Source: a bacterium (GTDB lineage Bacteria > JADJOY01). Taken from it: a stretch of 64,000 nucleotides of DNA. Both the position numbers and the translations under genes were made by a program. The stretch is from NCBI GenBank assembly GCA_046331705.1, contig JAXLQJ010000002.1:266370-330369 (forward strand). Reading direction: 5' to 3'. Positions 1 through 9,045 of the stretch are shown one piece after another. The notes below the pieces were generated by a model that searched no databases, was not told where the DNA came from, and saw only the letters and a list, made by a program, of their open reading frames with translations. How positions within the stretch are numbered: the first letter of the stretch is position 1; each line of letters opens with the position of its first letter.

Positions 1-205
1 ATCCTCTACGAGGTCCACACGATCGAGCGCTTCCCGCGCGTGCAGGATTTCGCGTCGTATTGCCGGCTGGTGAAATGCAGTCGTGAGTCCGCGGGCAAGA
101 TCCACGGCACCGGCGGCGCCAAGATCGGGAACGTTCACCTCAAGTGGGCCTACTCGGAAGCCGCAACGCTCTTCCTGCACGGCAACCCCGAAGGCCAGCG
201 GCTAC
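1..205 (+). pseudogene. IS110-family transposase C-terminal fragment, truncated
   Basis: Frame 1 reads ILYEVHTIERFPRVQDFASYCRLVKCSRESAGKIHGTGGAKIGNVHLKWAYSEAA, typical of the IS110 Transposase_20 region. Similarity appears lost after EGQRLR; the 5' part is outside the window. Confidence 0.75.
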
Positions 206-293
206 GGGGGGCCTTGATCGGGGTAGTGATCGTGGACTCCGGCTCATTGTTTGAATGGAGGAATGCCCGGGTTGATTCCTTTACACGAGGCAG

Positions 294-444
294 GTCGAAC
301 GACCTGCCGTTCAGCAGCCAACGCCAAGGTCGCGTACGAGCGTAACACGGCCGCGGGCCGCGGGTGCAGCCCGCGGCGTCGCGGCATGAGCCCAACTCCG
401 AGCGGAAGCGCGTGGCGCTCGACTGCTGCAACGGCCGGTTGGGC
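294..444 (-). other. attC recombination site (151 bp)
   Basis: Minus strand: R'' GCCCAAC, 5 nt, L'' GTTGCAGC (one extra base), ..., L' GCTGAAC, 8 nt, R' GTTCGAC. Starts 7 nt after the stop of ORF 452..757. Confidence 0.75.
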
Positions 445-451
445 AGCGCTT

Positions 452-757
452 CTAGGGTGAGGTCTTGTCTTCGGCCTTGAGAAGCTCGACTGCTCGGTGG
501 GTCACCATCTTCACGACGCGATCGTCGGTATTCAGAAGGCGTCCGACGAGCGACGGCCTCCGCCGGATCTCCTCCATGAGGAGCTTCGCATATGCGTCTT
601 TGTCCTCCGACTTCCAGAGACCGCTCGCGTGATGGTGGAACACGTGGCACGCCTCGTTGAGGATCTTCGAGATGCGCGCGCTGTCCTCAGGGTCGGAGCC
701 CAACTCGTAGGCGACATCCGTCCAGCCGTCATTCTTGGGGAGTTTCTCGTGCGCCAC
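452..757 (-). CDS. Gene-cassette hypothetical protein (101 aa)
   Basis: Bounded by complementary cores GTTGGGC (765-771) and GCCCAAC (438-444); GTG start 7 nt after the core. Confidence 0.7.
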   Translation of the reverse strand: MAHEKLPKNDGWTDVAYELGSDPEDSARISKILNEACHVFHHHASGLWKSEDKDAYAKLLMEEIRRRPSLVGRLLNTDDRVVKMVTHRAVELLKAEDKTSP

Positions 758-1286
758 GCTGTCTGCCCAACGACCTGACGTTAACTGACACCCGCCGCTT
801 GACGGACGGGGGCCTTATAGGTGTTAGGCCGCCCTTTCGCAGGTGGTCGCTCAAGATCGGCTGGCGCTCCCGGAACCACTCAGACGCGCGCGGCTCCCAC
901 GGCCAAATGCCGTCGGTTGTAGGATAGATGATCTGAAGGACCTCGAAGTTTTTCCCGCCGTAGAGCCACTTGTCCCATCCGAGGTAGTCGTCGAAGTGGG
1001 CCGGCGTAACGACCTCGAACTGCACCCGGAAGCCTTCAAGGAAACCCTCGTGTCGAGTCCCTGGCGCGAAGCGCTCACCGGCTCGAACCCGACTGTTGTA
1101 CTCATTGACCACGAAGTGAGCGATCGTCTGCTTCAGTCCGATCACGATGACCTCAGGGACGCCGGAGGTCTTCTGCACGCCGACCGAGTAGGAGAAGGGG
1201 GGCCCCTCCTCGTCCTCGAGCACATGGATGACGTGACAGCCGTACTTCTCGATATCGTCGAGGGCTTTCTTCTCTCCGGCGTCCAT
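729..1286 (-). CDS. DUF4262-like protein (gene cassette); C-terminus reads through the damaged attC
   Basis: IEKYGCHVIHV, PPFSYSVG, PEVIVIGL and VLQIIYPTTDGIWPWE pattern. Cassette cores GTTAGGC (1302-1308) and GCCTAAC (823-829) are complementary. Confidence 0.75.
   Translation of the reverse strand: MDAGEKKALDDIEKYGCHVIHVLEDEEGPPFSYSVGVQKTSGVPEVIVIGLKQTIAHFVVNEYNSRVRAGERFAPGTRHEGFLEGFRVQFEVVTPAHFDDYLGWDKWLYGGKNFEVLQIIYPTTDGIWPWEPRASEWFRERQPILSDHLRKGGLTPIRPPSVKRRVSVNVRSLGRQRGARETPQE
765..829 (-). other. Disrupted attC site containing a 26-bp putative IS-end remnant
   Basis: R'' GCCTAAC and L' AGTTAAC-8 nt-R' GTTGGGC are present. The L'' position is occupied by the segment 796-821, which recurs at 3749-3773. 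Confidence 0.6.
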
Positions 1287-1301
1287 GAGCGTCGCTTGTC
1301 G

Positions 1302-1363
1302 GCCTAACGCAGTACTAAGCGGCGGGCGCGCAGCGACCGCCCGCCTTCAGCACTCTGTTAGGC
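1302..1363 (-). other. attC recombination site (62 bp)
   Basis: Minus strand GCCTAAC-agagt-GCTGAAG-gcgggcggtcgctgcgcgcccgcc-GCTTAGT-actgc-GTTAGGC: canonical R''/L''/L'/R' layout with a central hairpin. Confidence 0.85.
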
Positions 1364-1424
1364 CATGGTGCCACCGGAAAGCGGAGCCGGCCAGCTACAT
1401 GCGAAAGGCACGAGACGTCTGAAT

Positions 1425-1790
1425 TCACCACTCACGCAGTTCCCAGTCATCATCGCGGATCACCGCGCCGAGCTTACGCGTCAGTTCGCTCGCGACGCGA
1501 TGTGTGGCGTGGTCGTCGCTCTCAATGCCGGGGACCGCGTTGAACGTGACCGTGCCGTCGGACCTACGCCAAAACGACGCCGTCCATTCGCCCTCGATCA
1601 GTACTTCGGCGTCTCCTGGGGAGACGCCGACCTTGATGCGGCGACCGTCAGGCAGTGGAACGGTCGCGTCGCCTTCAATGATGCGAACCCCTGGCGTAGT
1701 GGCCACGGCCGCTACCCACTCCTCCATCGAGAAGCCCGATACCTCCTCATCCTGCTCGCGATGAAGATGGAACTCAGCTGGCAGGGGCAC
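1425..1790 (-). CDS. Gene-cassette hypothetical protein (121 aa)
   Basis: Protein-like composition; lies between core GTTAGCC (1808-1814) and attC 1302-1363. Confidence 0.7.
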   Translation of the reverse strand: MPLPAEFHLHREQDEEVSGFSMEEWVAAVATTPGVRIIEGDATVPLPDGRRIKVGVSPGDAEVLIEGEWTASFWRRSDGTVTFNAVPGIESDDHATHRVASELTRKLGAVIRDDDWELREW

Positions 1791-1912
1791 TCCCTTCGTT
1801 CAGCCCGGGCTAACCCAGATGGAATGAGAAGGCTGACCTCCCGATCACGAGATGTCGTAAACGATTCTCAAGGTTGGATCAACGGGCTCGAAGCCCAAAC
1901 AGGAGGTCAGCC

Positions 1913-3052
1913 ATGAGCGATAGTGCCACGAAGTCCTTCGGATCGGAAGCGCAGGCCGCCTCGCTTCCGCCCCTCACCGCCGGCCTCGACGTCGGCGACC
2001 GCCACTCGACGATGTGCTTCATCGACGCCGCCGGCGAAACGGTCGAGCGTACGCGGGTGCGCACCACCTCCGAGGCGCTCCGGGGAGCATTCGGCCACCG
2101 CGCACCGCTGCGCATCGCCCTCGAGGTGGGTACCCACTCTCGATGGATCCGTCGGCTGCTCGTCGAGCTCGGTCACGAGGTGTTCGTCGCGAATCCACGT
2201 CGGGTCCGAGCGATCTACGAGAGCGACACGAAGACCGACAGCTCGGATGCCGAGATGCTCGCGCGACTCGCGCGGGTCGACCCGAAGCTTTTGTGTCCCG
2301 TCCGACATCGCCGCGAGGACCGAGCCCGGGCGCTCGCCGTGGTGCGCAGTCGCGACGGGCTCGTCCGCGCGCGCACTCTGCTCATCAACCACGTCCGCGG
2401 TGCCATCAAGCCGGTCGGCGGTCGCGTGAAGCACTGTTCGTCCGAGAGCTTCGCACGCCAGGCGCCGGAGCAGATTCCCGCGGAGCTGCAGGCGGTGCTT
2501 CAGCCCGTCATCGAGCAGATCGGCCACCTGACCCGCACCGTCCGAGAGTTCGATCGGCAGATCGAGCAGCTCTGTGAGCAATTCCCCGACGCACAGCGAC
2601 TGCGGGAGATTCCAAGCGTTGGTCCCGTGACCGCGCTCACCTTCGTTTTGACCGTCGACGACCCGGCGCGGTTCCAGAACGCCCGCATGATCGGACCCTA
2701 TCTCGGACTTTGCCCCCGGCGAAAACAAAGCGGCCGGGACGATCCGCAGCTCGGCATCACGAAAGCGGGCGACTCGTACCTGCGCAAGCTCGTCGTCACC
2801 TGCGCGCAGCACACGCTAGGCCCATTCGGCAAAGATAGCGCCTTGCGCCGCTGGGGACTCCAGCGAGCAGGCAGCGGCGATCGGATCGCCAAGAAGAAAG
2901 CGGTCGTTGGCGTCGCCCGGCGACTGACCGTCGTGATGCTGCACCTGTGGGTGAGTGGCGAAACCTACCGGCCGTTTCCGACGCCCGCGCCACCCGCGCG
3001 ACCGCCTTCCCCGGAAAAGACCGTCGAGAAGAAGGAGAAGAAGGCGGCATAG
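1913..3052 (+). CDS. IS110-family DEDD transposase/recombinase
   Basis: GLDVG, LEVG, KTDSSDA (DEDD); IPSVGPVTA; YLGLCPRRKQSG, GITKAGD. RBS AGGAGG precedes ATG 1913. Confidence 0.95.
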   Translation: MSDSATKSFGSEAQAASLPPLTAGLDVGDRHSTMCFIDAAGETVERTRVRTTSEALRGAFGHRAPLRIALEVGTHSRWIRRLLVELGHEVFVANPRRVRAIYESDTKTDSSDAEMLARLARVDPKLLCPVRHRREDRARALAVVRSRDGLVRARTLLINHVRGAIKPVGGRVKHCSSESFARQAPEQIPAELQAVLQPVIEQIGHLTRTVREFDRQIEQLCEQFPDAQRLREIPSVGPVTALTFVLTVDDPARFQNARMIGPYLGLCPRRKQSGRDDPQLGITKAGDSYLRKLVVTCAQHTLGPFGKDSALRRWGLQRAGSGDRIAKKKAVVGVARRLTVVMLHLWVSGETYRPFPTPAPPARPPSPEKTVEKKEKKAA

Positions 3053-3059
3053 CCGGCGA

Positions 3060-3430
3060 CTCAGAGAAACGAACACCAGATGGAACCGATGGAGCAACGG
3101 AAGGCCGCACGGCGCGGGTCGCGCGATCTCGGCGACCAGCACCGGCCGCCTCGTCCGGGTGACTGCGAGCTGAGCTCGGGCCCCTCCGGGGCAGACCGCA
3201 ACCCAGATGGCAGCACCAGGGCGAGTCGGACTCCAACCTGCACCGAGCTCACCGAACGAGCTCACCCGAGTGCGAATGGAAGCGTGGCGTCCGGTGGTTC
3301 GCCCGCCTTCGATCGTCGGCCCGCGACGGTCGGCCTTCCCGACTGCTCTTCGAGAAACCGTTCATCTACCCGCGAATACAAGGCTCAAGAACGGGCACCG
3401 CCGCCTCAACAAGGACGTGAACTTGAAAGG
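3060..3430 (+). ncRNA. Putative bridge/seek RNA region of the IS1111-type element
   Basis: Non-coding region between the transposase stop and the right IR, with four 8-11 nt matches to the element's junction and flank sequences. RNA boundaries are not determined. Confidence 0.55.
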
Positions 3431-3489
3431 GAGAGCCTTCTCATGGAAGCTCAGCAGCGGCCCCGGACTGAACCGTACCGAGACTATGG

Positions 3490-3773
3490 TCTTTCGCTGG
3501 TTCTGCTCCCCAGCCCGCAACGAACTGGCTTCGAGCCTGACCTTTTGATTGGGACGGGAGAGGATACGAAATGGTTTCTAGGCCGCCGCGTGTGATGCGC
3601 GGCAACCGCCGCGAGGGGTTGAGCCTCGATAGGTGTTTGGTGCAGCGCCACGTTCGTGGTGCGAGCTGAAACAAAGTCAGAGTCGCGTCAAGCGCCAGGC
3701 CAGATCTCGAGGAATTGCGGTGAGAACAAACCGCTAGGGAGAGGTGTGCGCTTGACGGACGGGGCCTTATAGG
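3490..3773 (+). mobile_element. Right-end remnant of a second putative IS110-family element
   Basis: Non-coding, ends CGCTTGACGGACGGGGCCTTATAGG one nt before attC core GTTCGGC (3775-3781); the same end occurs at 796-821. Left boundary is approximate. Confidence 0.45.
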
Positions 3774-3787
3774 AGTTCGGCTCAGTG

Positions 3788-4257
3788 TCAAAACCAGCCT
3801 TGTGCGTGAAGCACCCACAGGTTGGGATGAATGCATGTCACAACGAATCCACACAGGCACCAAGAAGTCGAGTCGAAGTGATTATCGACTGCGACCAATG
3901 TCCATCTCGAACTCAAGCACCGTCTCTCGATATCCGACAGGTAGTACGAGCGGTACGGGTACGACAACGAGTGCGAGAAGGCCAGCGAACGCCATGTCCT
4001 GTTCGTAATACCACCAGACAGTGTGATCGTGGTCCTCGACACGGTCGGGGTCACCCCATAGCGCTCGGACGATTTCTTCTGTAAGGTTCTGGCGGGTCCC
4101 GGGGCGGGGTGCCTGACAACCACGACACACGCCCCCGCTCTTCCGCTAGATAGACAAACGAGCCGCGCAGACGGCATCCCCTGAGGATCCCGCCCATGCA
4201 TCCGGCGGTGATCTGGACAATTGCCAGGAGCGCGGCTGTGCGGAACCGGCGATTCAT
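3788..4257 (-). pseudogene. Frameshifted cassette gene, lipoprotein-like
   Basis: Protein-like pieces in three frames (MNRRFRTAALLAIVQITAGC; EEIVRALWGDPDRVEDHDHTVWWYYEQDMAFAGLLALVVVPVPLVLPVG; WCLCGFVV), ending just before R'' GCCGAAC. Confidence 0.45.
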
Positions 4258-4731
4258 ACCGCCCTGGTCGCGTGCTCGCCATTGGCCTTCCAACGAAAAG
4301 GATTCTATCCAGGGTACCGGCCGAGCACCACGCGCCCATTGAAGATCTGGCCCTCGTCACCTTCTTCAGTGAGACCTTGCATGCGTGCCCCCGAGTTCGC
4401 ACACCTGATCAGCGTGTCGTCCTTCCCTGCGAGAACGTCGCGCTCGATGCACGGCTTTCGGTGCCCCCCGGCGACCCGGCTTCACCTGTCGTGACCGTGG
4501 CGTTCGACGTGGCCCGCGCTCTGGTACCAACGCGGTGCGTGCCCAGGCACAGGGTGCGCGTGACGCGGATCGGGCGGCACCTCGGCCCGCATCGCCGTGC
4601 TTTCAAGCTCAAGCTAAAGGATCCCGTGAAGGACAACCCGCTGAAATCACAGCACGACCGCGCCTCACCGCCTACGGCTTTCAAGGAAGGGGAAGTCCTA
4701 TGGGCATGACTCCGTGTCTGATTCACGGCGC

Positions 4732-5295
4732 TCATCCGGACCACCCGGACACCCGACTGAGCGTGATCCACCGCTCACCCGCACGACCTCGCCGCGTGAA
4801 CTCCAGCAGGATCCCCGCGCGCCGGAAGAAGGGCGCCGCGCGACGCAGGCGCCCGGAGAGAACCCCTGGCGTGCGAGGCCATGACGAGGAGTAGAGGACT
4901 GGCTCGGGGACGTGTCGCCCCAGCAGGTTGAGGCATTCAGTGGCAGTGCCGCTCCAACGAGGTTCGACGGCGAGCAAGTCCAGGACCGCAGCAGCTACAA
5001 CGTCGCCCTCGAGCGAGTGCGTCACCACGTCGGCGCGGTTCTCGTCGTAGATCCTCAAGATTGCCTCGGAAGTCAGCCCCAACGCCGGAGCTGCCGCAGC
5101 AATCCAGTCAGCGAAGTCAGCCATTCGCGGAAGTTTGCGCTGCGTCTGACGCACCCTCGGAAGCTCGCGCATCGCGAGGCTCACGACGTCGAGCAGCGCT
5201 CCGAGAACCCGCGGTCGCATCTCGTTCACCTTGGCCCACACCTCAGCCTCGGTCAGCCTGGCGACCTGATCGATTGGGGGCAGATCGAGCAGAAT
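4732..5295 (-). pseudogene. C-terminal part of a phage/ICE-type primase-associated ATP-binding protein, truncated by IS256
   Basis: ILLDLPPIDQVARLTEAEVW, RPRVLGALLD, LPRMADFADW, WSGTATE, WPRTPGVLSGRLRR. The reading frame runs into the IS256 left end. Confidence 0.6.
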
Positions 5296-6671
5296 GAGGT
5301 AGCCTCAGGACGTGTGGAAATGAAGTGAAGGCGGCGTAGCCTTCCGGTTGAGCCATCAACCACCGGGCCCCATGCCCGGCCAAGGAAGGAGACACCGCCG
5401 TGGAGGATCGAAGCATCGGCAGGTCGAAGGCGTCAACGGTCGTGTGGGAGAACATCGAGGAGTTCGCGCGCCTCAAGATCCAAGAGTTTCTCCAAGCGAT
5501 GCTCGAAGAGGAAGTCACCGAGCTCTTGGGCCGAAAGAAGTCGGAGCGCCGGTCGGCCGTGGACGCTGCCGAGGGCTACCGCAATGGCTTCGGCAAGGAG
5601 CGTCGCGTCGCGCTGAAGACCGGAACGGTGACCGTGCGACGTCCACGGGTGCGCGGTCTCGAAGAGCGCTTCGAGAGCCGGGTGCTGCCGCTCTTCAAGC
5701 GCCGCACCGAGGCGGTGGCGGGGATGTTGCCAGAGCTCTACCTGCATGGACTGGCGCAGCGAGATTTCGAGCTCGCGCTGCGCGGCCTCCTCGGTGAGGG
5801 TGCGCCACTCTCAGCGAGCTCGATCGAGCGCCTGCGCGCCAAGTGGGTGCTGGAGCATGAGACCTGGGCGAACCGATCGCTGGCCGATCTCGAGATCGTG
5901 TACCTGTGGGCCGACGGGCTGTACGTGAAGGCCGGTCTCGACGACCAGAAGGCGGCGTTGCTCGTGGTGATCGGCGCTCGTCGGGATGGGCAGAAGGTGA
6001 TCCTCGCGATCGAGAGCGGGCATCGAGAGTCGAAGGAATCCTGGTCCGCTGTGCTCCGCGATCTCAAGCGGCGCGGACTACGGGCGCCACGAACGCTGAC
6101 GGCAGACGGACACCTGGGAATCTGGCCGGCGCTGGCCGAGATCTTTCCGACGACCGAGCAGCAGCGCTGCTGGAACCACAAGATCGTGAACGTGCTCGAC
6201 CAGCTCCCGCGGAAGCTGCAAGACGAGGCGCGGGAACTGGTGTGCCAGATCCCGTATGCCGAGACGCGAGCGAAGGCCGAGCGCCTCCGAGATCGATTCG
6301 TCGATCGCTACGGGAGGGCGTACCCCAAGGCGGCCGAGACCTTGAAGCGCGACTGGGACCGGATGATGACCTTTTACGGTTTCCCGAAGGAGCACTGGAA
6401 GCACCTTCGGACGAGCAACGTGGTGGAGTCACCGTTCGCCTCGGTGCGCCTGCGGACGGCGGCAGGAAAGCGCTACAAGCGTGTGGCGAATGCGACCGCA
6501 CTGATTTGGCGATTGCTCATGGTCGCGGAGAAAAGTTTCCGGCGACTCGACCACCCGCACTTGCTGGCCGAGGTTGCGGAAGGGGCAAAATACGTCGATG
6601 GACTGCGCGTCACGAAGGAGACCGAGAAGGCTGCTGCCTAACCTCGTTTACACACGTCTTGACTAAACCTC
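5296..6671 (+). mobile_element. IS256-family insertion sequence
   Basis: Imperfect ~30-bp terminal IRs: GAGGTAGCCTCAGGACGTGTGGAAATGAAG versus the reverse complement of the right end, GAGGTTTAGTCAAGACGTGTGTAAACGAGG. No flanking duplication. Confidence 0.85.
5400..6641 (+). CDS. IS256-family transposase
   Basis: YRNG, YLWADGLYVK, TADGHLG, QRCWNHK, LRTSNVVES Mutator-type DDE motifs. Confidence 0.95.
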   Translation: MEDRSIGRSKASTVVWENIEEFARLKIQEFLQAMLEEEVTELLGRKKSERRSAVDAAEGYRNGFGKERRVALKTGTVTVRRPRVRGLEERFESRVLPLFKRRTEAVAGMLPELYLHGLAQRDFELALRGLLGEGAPLSASSIERLRAKWVLEHETWANRSLADLEIVYLWADGLYVKAGLDDQKAALLVVIGARRDGQKVILAIESGHRESKESWSAVLRDLKRRGLRAPRTLTADGHLGIWPALAEIFPTTEQQRCWNHKIVNVLDQLPRKLQDEARELVCQIPYAETRAKAERLRDRFVDRYGRAYPKAAETLKRDWDRMMTFYGFPKEHWKHLRTSNVVESPFASVRLRTAAGKRYKRVANATALIWRLLMVAEKSFRRLDHPHLLAEVAEGAKYVDGLRVTKETEKAAA

Positions 6672-8148
6672 GCGGCTGGTTGCGCTCTCCGATCGCCGGC
6701 CGCTCAAGCCCGAGGAGATCGAGCAACTCTTTCGCCACATGCAGACCGCGCGCATGTCGTGCAACGCCGCTGGGCTGGTCGACAAGCGCACCGACGGCTC
6801 GCCCAAGCTCGACGAGCTGCAGCGCATGATCGAGGACGTGTGCGTGACGGCCGGTCGCAAGGCTGTGGTGTTCACCGAATGGGAATCGTTCCAGCGCATG
6901 GCCGCCGAGCGTGCCGCAGCGCTCGACATCGGCTACGTGCGGCTGCACGGTGGGGTTCCCACGGCGAAGCGTGGCGCCCTCATCGAGCGATTCCGCGACG
7001 ATCCCGACTGCCAGCTCTTCTTCTCGACCGACGCCGGCGGGGTCGGGCTCAACCTGCAGTGGGCGGACACGGTCATCAATCTCGACCTACCGTGGAACCC
7101 CGCCGTGCTCGACCAGCGCATCGCACGCGTCCACCGGCACGGGCAGAAGAATCCCGTCCACGTTCTGCTGTTGGTCGCCGAGGACTCGTTCGAGACTCGC
7201 CTCGAGTCGGTGATTCGCGGCAAGCGCGAGCTGTTCGAGGCCGTGATCCTGCCCGACTCGGCGGTCGAAACGATGGGCACGCCCTCGGGCTGTCTCGCGA
7301 TGGCACGCGCGGCGCTGGCCGTGCCGGCAGCGAACGGGGAGCAGGAAGAGGAAGCGTCGCCGGGCCGTCCATCGAAGTCGGCAGCGCGACCCTCGCGAGC
7401 GGCGGAACCGGCCGGCACCGCCATCGATGCGCAGCGCTCCCAACGAGCAGCGGCGGAGCTCGAATCCGGGTCACCCGATCGCCTGGCGCCACCGGGCGAG
7501 GCGCGGGGATCGACGGCTGGAACGGCGCCCGAGCCATCCCCCGACGCTCCACCCGAGGAGCGTCTGCGTGAGCTCTTGGGCCATCGCTTGGAGCGCGTCG
7601 TGCGGCTCGGCTCGGGGCGCGTGGTGGCGGTGGTCGACTCCGCCGACGAGGTGACCAGCGAAGCGGCCGCGCGGACGAACGTCGCCGTTCTCGATCGCGC
7701 CGCCTTCGCCGCCACGCAAGCGCTCGGCGACGACTCGCCGTTCGCCGCAGCGGAAGTTCTCTTCCAGCGCGACGCCGCACCCGGAAACGGCCGCACCGAG
7801 GGGCGCCGAGCCGAGCTGCTGGCGATCGCGCACCGCCGGCTCCACGCCGCTGAAACCCTGCTCGCCAGCGAGCTCCCTTCGGAAGCGCTGGCGCAGGCTC
7901 ACGCCGCGATGGAGGCGGCGGTGCGCGCTCTCGACCCCGACGCTGGCGGCGACACTCCACACGCGGCGCGGCTGCTCTACGAGCACCTGGTGCCACGCGG
8001 GCTTTTCGACCTCGAGCGCGCGGCGTTGGTGAGCCGCGCCGACGGCTTGGCGCGGGCCTTCGCCGAGCTGCCGGTGGCACCACCGCGCGAGCTGGTGATG
8101 GCCGTGGTGGCGGATGCGCGCCGAATCGTCGGCGCAAAGGCTCCCTGA
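6672..8148 (+). pseudogene. SNF2-family helicase, C-terminal helicase domain only (5' part removed at the IS256 end)
   Basis: KAVVFTEW, LHGGVP, STDAGGVGLNLQ, VINLDLPWNPAVLDQRIARVHRHGQ. The open frame extends to the IS boundary and the N-terminal ATPase domain is missing. Confidence 0.8.
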
Positions 8149-8369
8149 CCGTCGATTCAGCGCGGAACGAGCGCGCGCTGCGGCGCGGCCGCGACGAAGC
8201 GCTGCCCTCCATCCCGAGCGCCGTCGTGACCGCTGGCGAACGATGAGGTTCCGTCGCCGACGCGCTCCCCTCGTCGACCACGTTCGTCGATCGCGCGTTC
8301 CAGACGTCGATGGGTCATCTACACTGCGCGTGCGACGTGCTCTCACACCACTCACGCGAGCGAGCCACC

Positions 8370-9020
8370 ATGCGCAATCCCCTGCTTCGGACCCTGGCGA
8401 TTCTCTTGCTTCCGCTCTCGCTCGCAGCCTGCTCGCCCGCGATCCAGGTGACCCGGCTTCCCGCGCTCGACGCGGTCACGTCGCCGATCGCGCGCGTCGG
8501 GGTGCTGCCGGTCCACCAAGTGGCCGACGCCGCGGTACCCGCAGCGCGGCCGGACGCGGCTCCGCCACAGCAGCCACGCGAGATGCTCGAGAATGCCCTT
8601 CGCACCGGCCTCGCGGCGCGCAAGATCACGGTGATCTCATCGAGTGACCTCGCGGCGGCCACTGGAAACACCGTCGCGGCGCTCGATTCGCTCGAGCCCG
8701 CAGCCGCGTGTGAGCAGGCGCGGGCTCACGATGCCGCCGACGCGGTGGTGAGCGCCGAGGTGCTGCGCTTCCGCGAGCGCAAGGGCAGCGATCTGGGCGT
8801 GGACCAGCCGGCCAGCGTCAGCTTCCGTGTCACGCTCTGGCACGTCGCCGACCATGCGGCGCTCTGGAGCGCGGAGTTCGACGAGACCCAAGAGCCGTTG
8901 TCGTCGAACCTGTTCAACCTGGGGCGCTATCCCGGCAACGGCGCGCGCTGGCTCACCGCCGAGGAGCTGCTGCGCTGGGGAGCCGCGGAGGCGGCTGCGC
9001 GGCTACCGACATCCCGCTGA
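8370..9020 (+). CDS. Lipoprotein, unknown function
   Basis: Signal peptide with lipobox LAAC. Confidence 0.75.
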   Translation: MRNPLLRTLAILLLPLSLAACSPAIQVTRLPALDAVTSPIARVGVLPVHQVADAAVPAARPDAAPPQQPREMLENALRTGLAARKITVISSSDLAAATGNTVAALDSLEPAAACEQARAHDAADAVVSAEVLRFRERKGSDLGVDQPASVSFRVTLWHVADHAALWSAEFDETQEPLSSNLFNLGRYPGNGARWLTAEELLRWGAAEAAARLPTSR

Positions 9021-9045
9021 TGCCACGCGGCGCCCTCGACGCGCC

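Larger units (their letters stand above)
1820..3447 (+). mobile_element. IS110-family (IS1111-type) insertion sequence inserted in an attC site
   Basis: Perfect 11-bp sub-terminal IRs ATGAGAAGGCT (1824-1834) and AGCCTTCTCAT (3434-3444); long 3' non-coding region; no long TSD. Exact ends are uncertain by a few nt. Confidence 0.85.

Noticed and set aside
3080-3595. 171-aa ORF downstream of the IS110 transposase
   Set aside because: Crosses the IS right end and has low-complexity composition; better explained as the non-coding RNA region.
4221-4730. Possible intI/attI upstream of the cassette array
   Set aside because: No tyrosine recombinase motifs in any listed ORF and no convincing attI.
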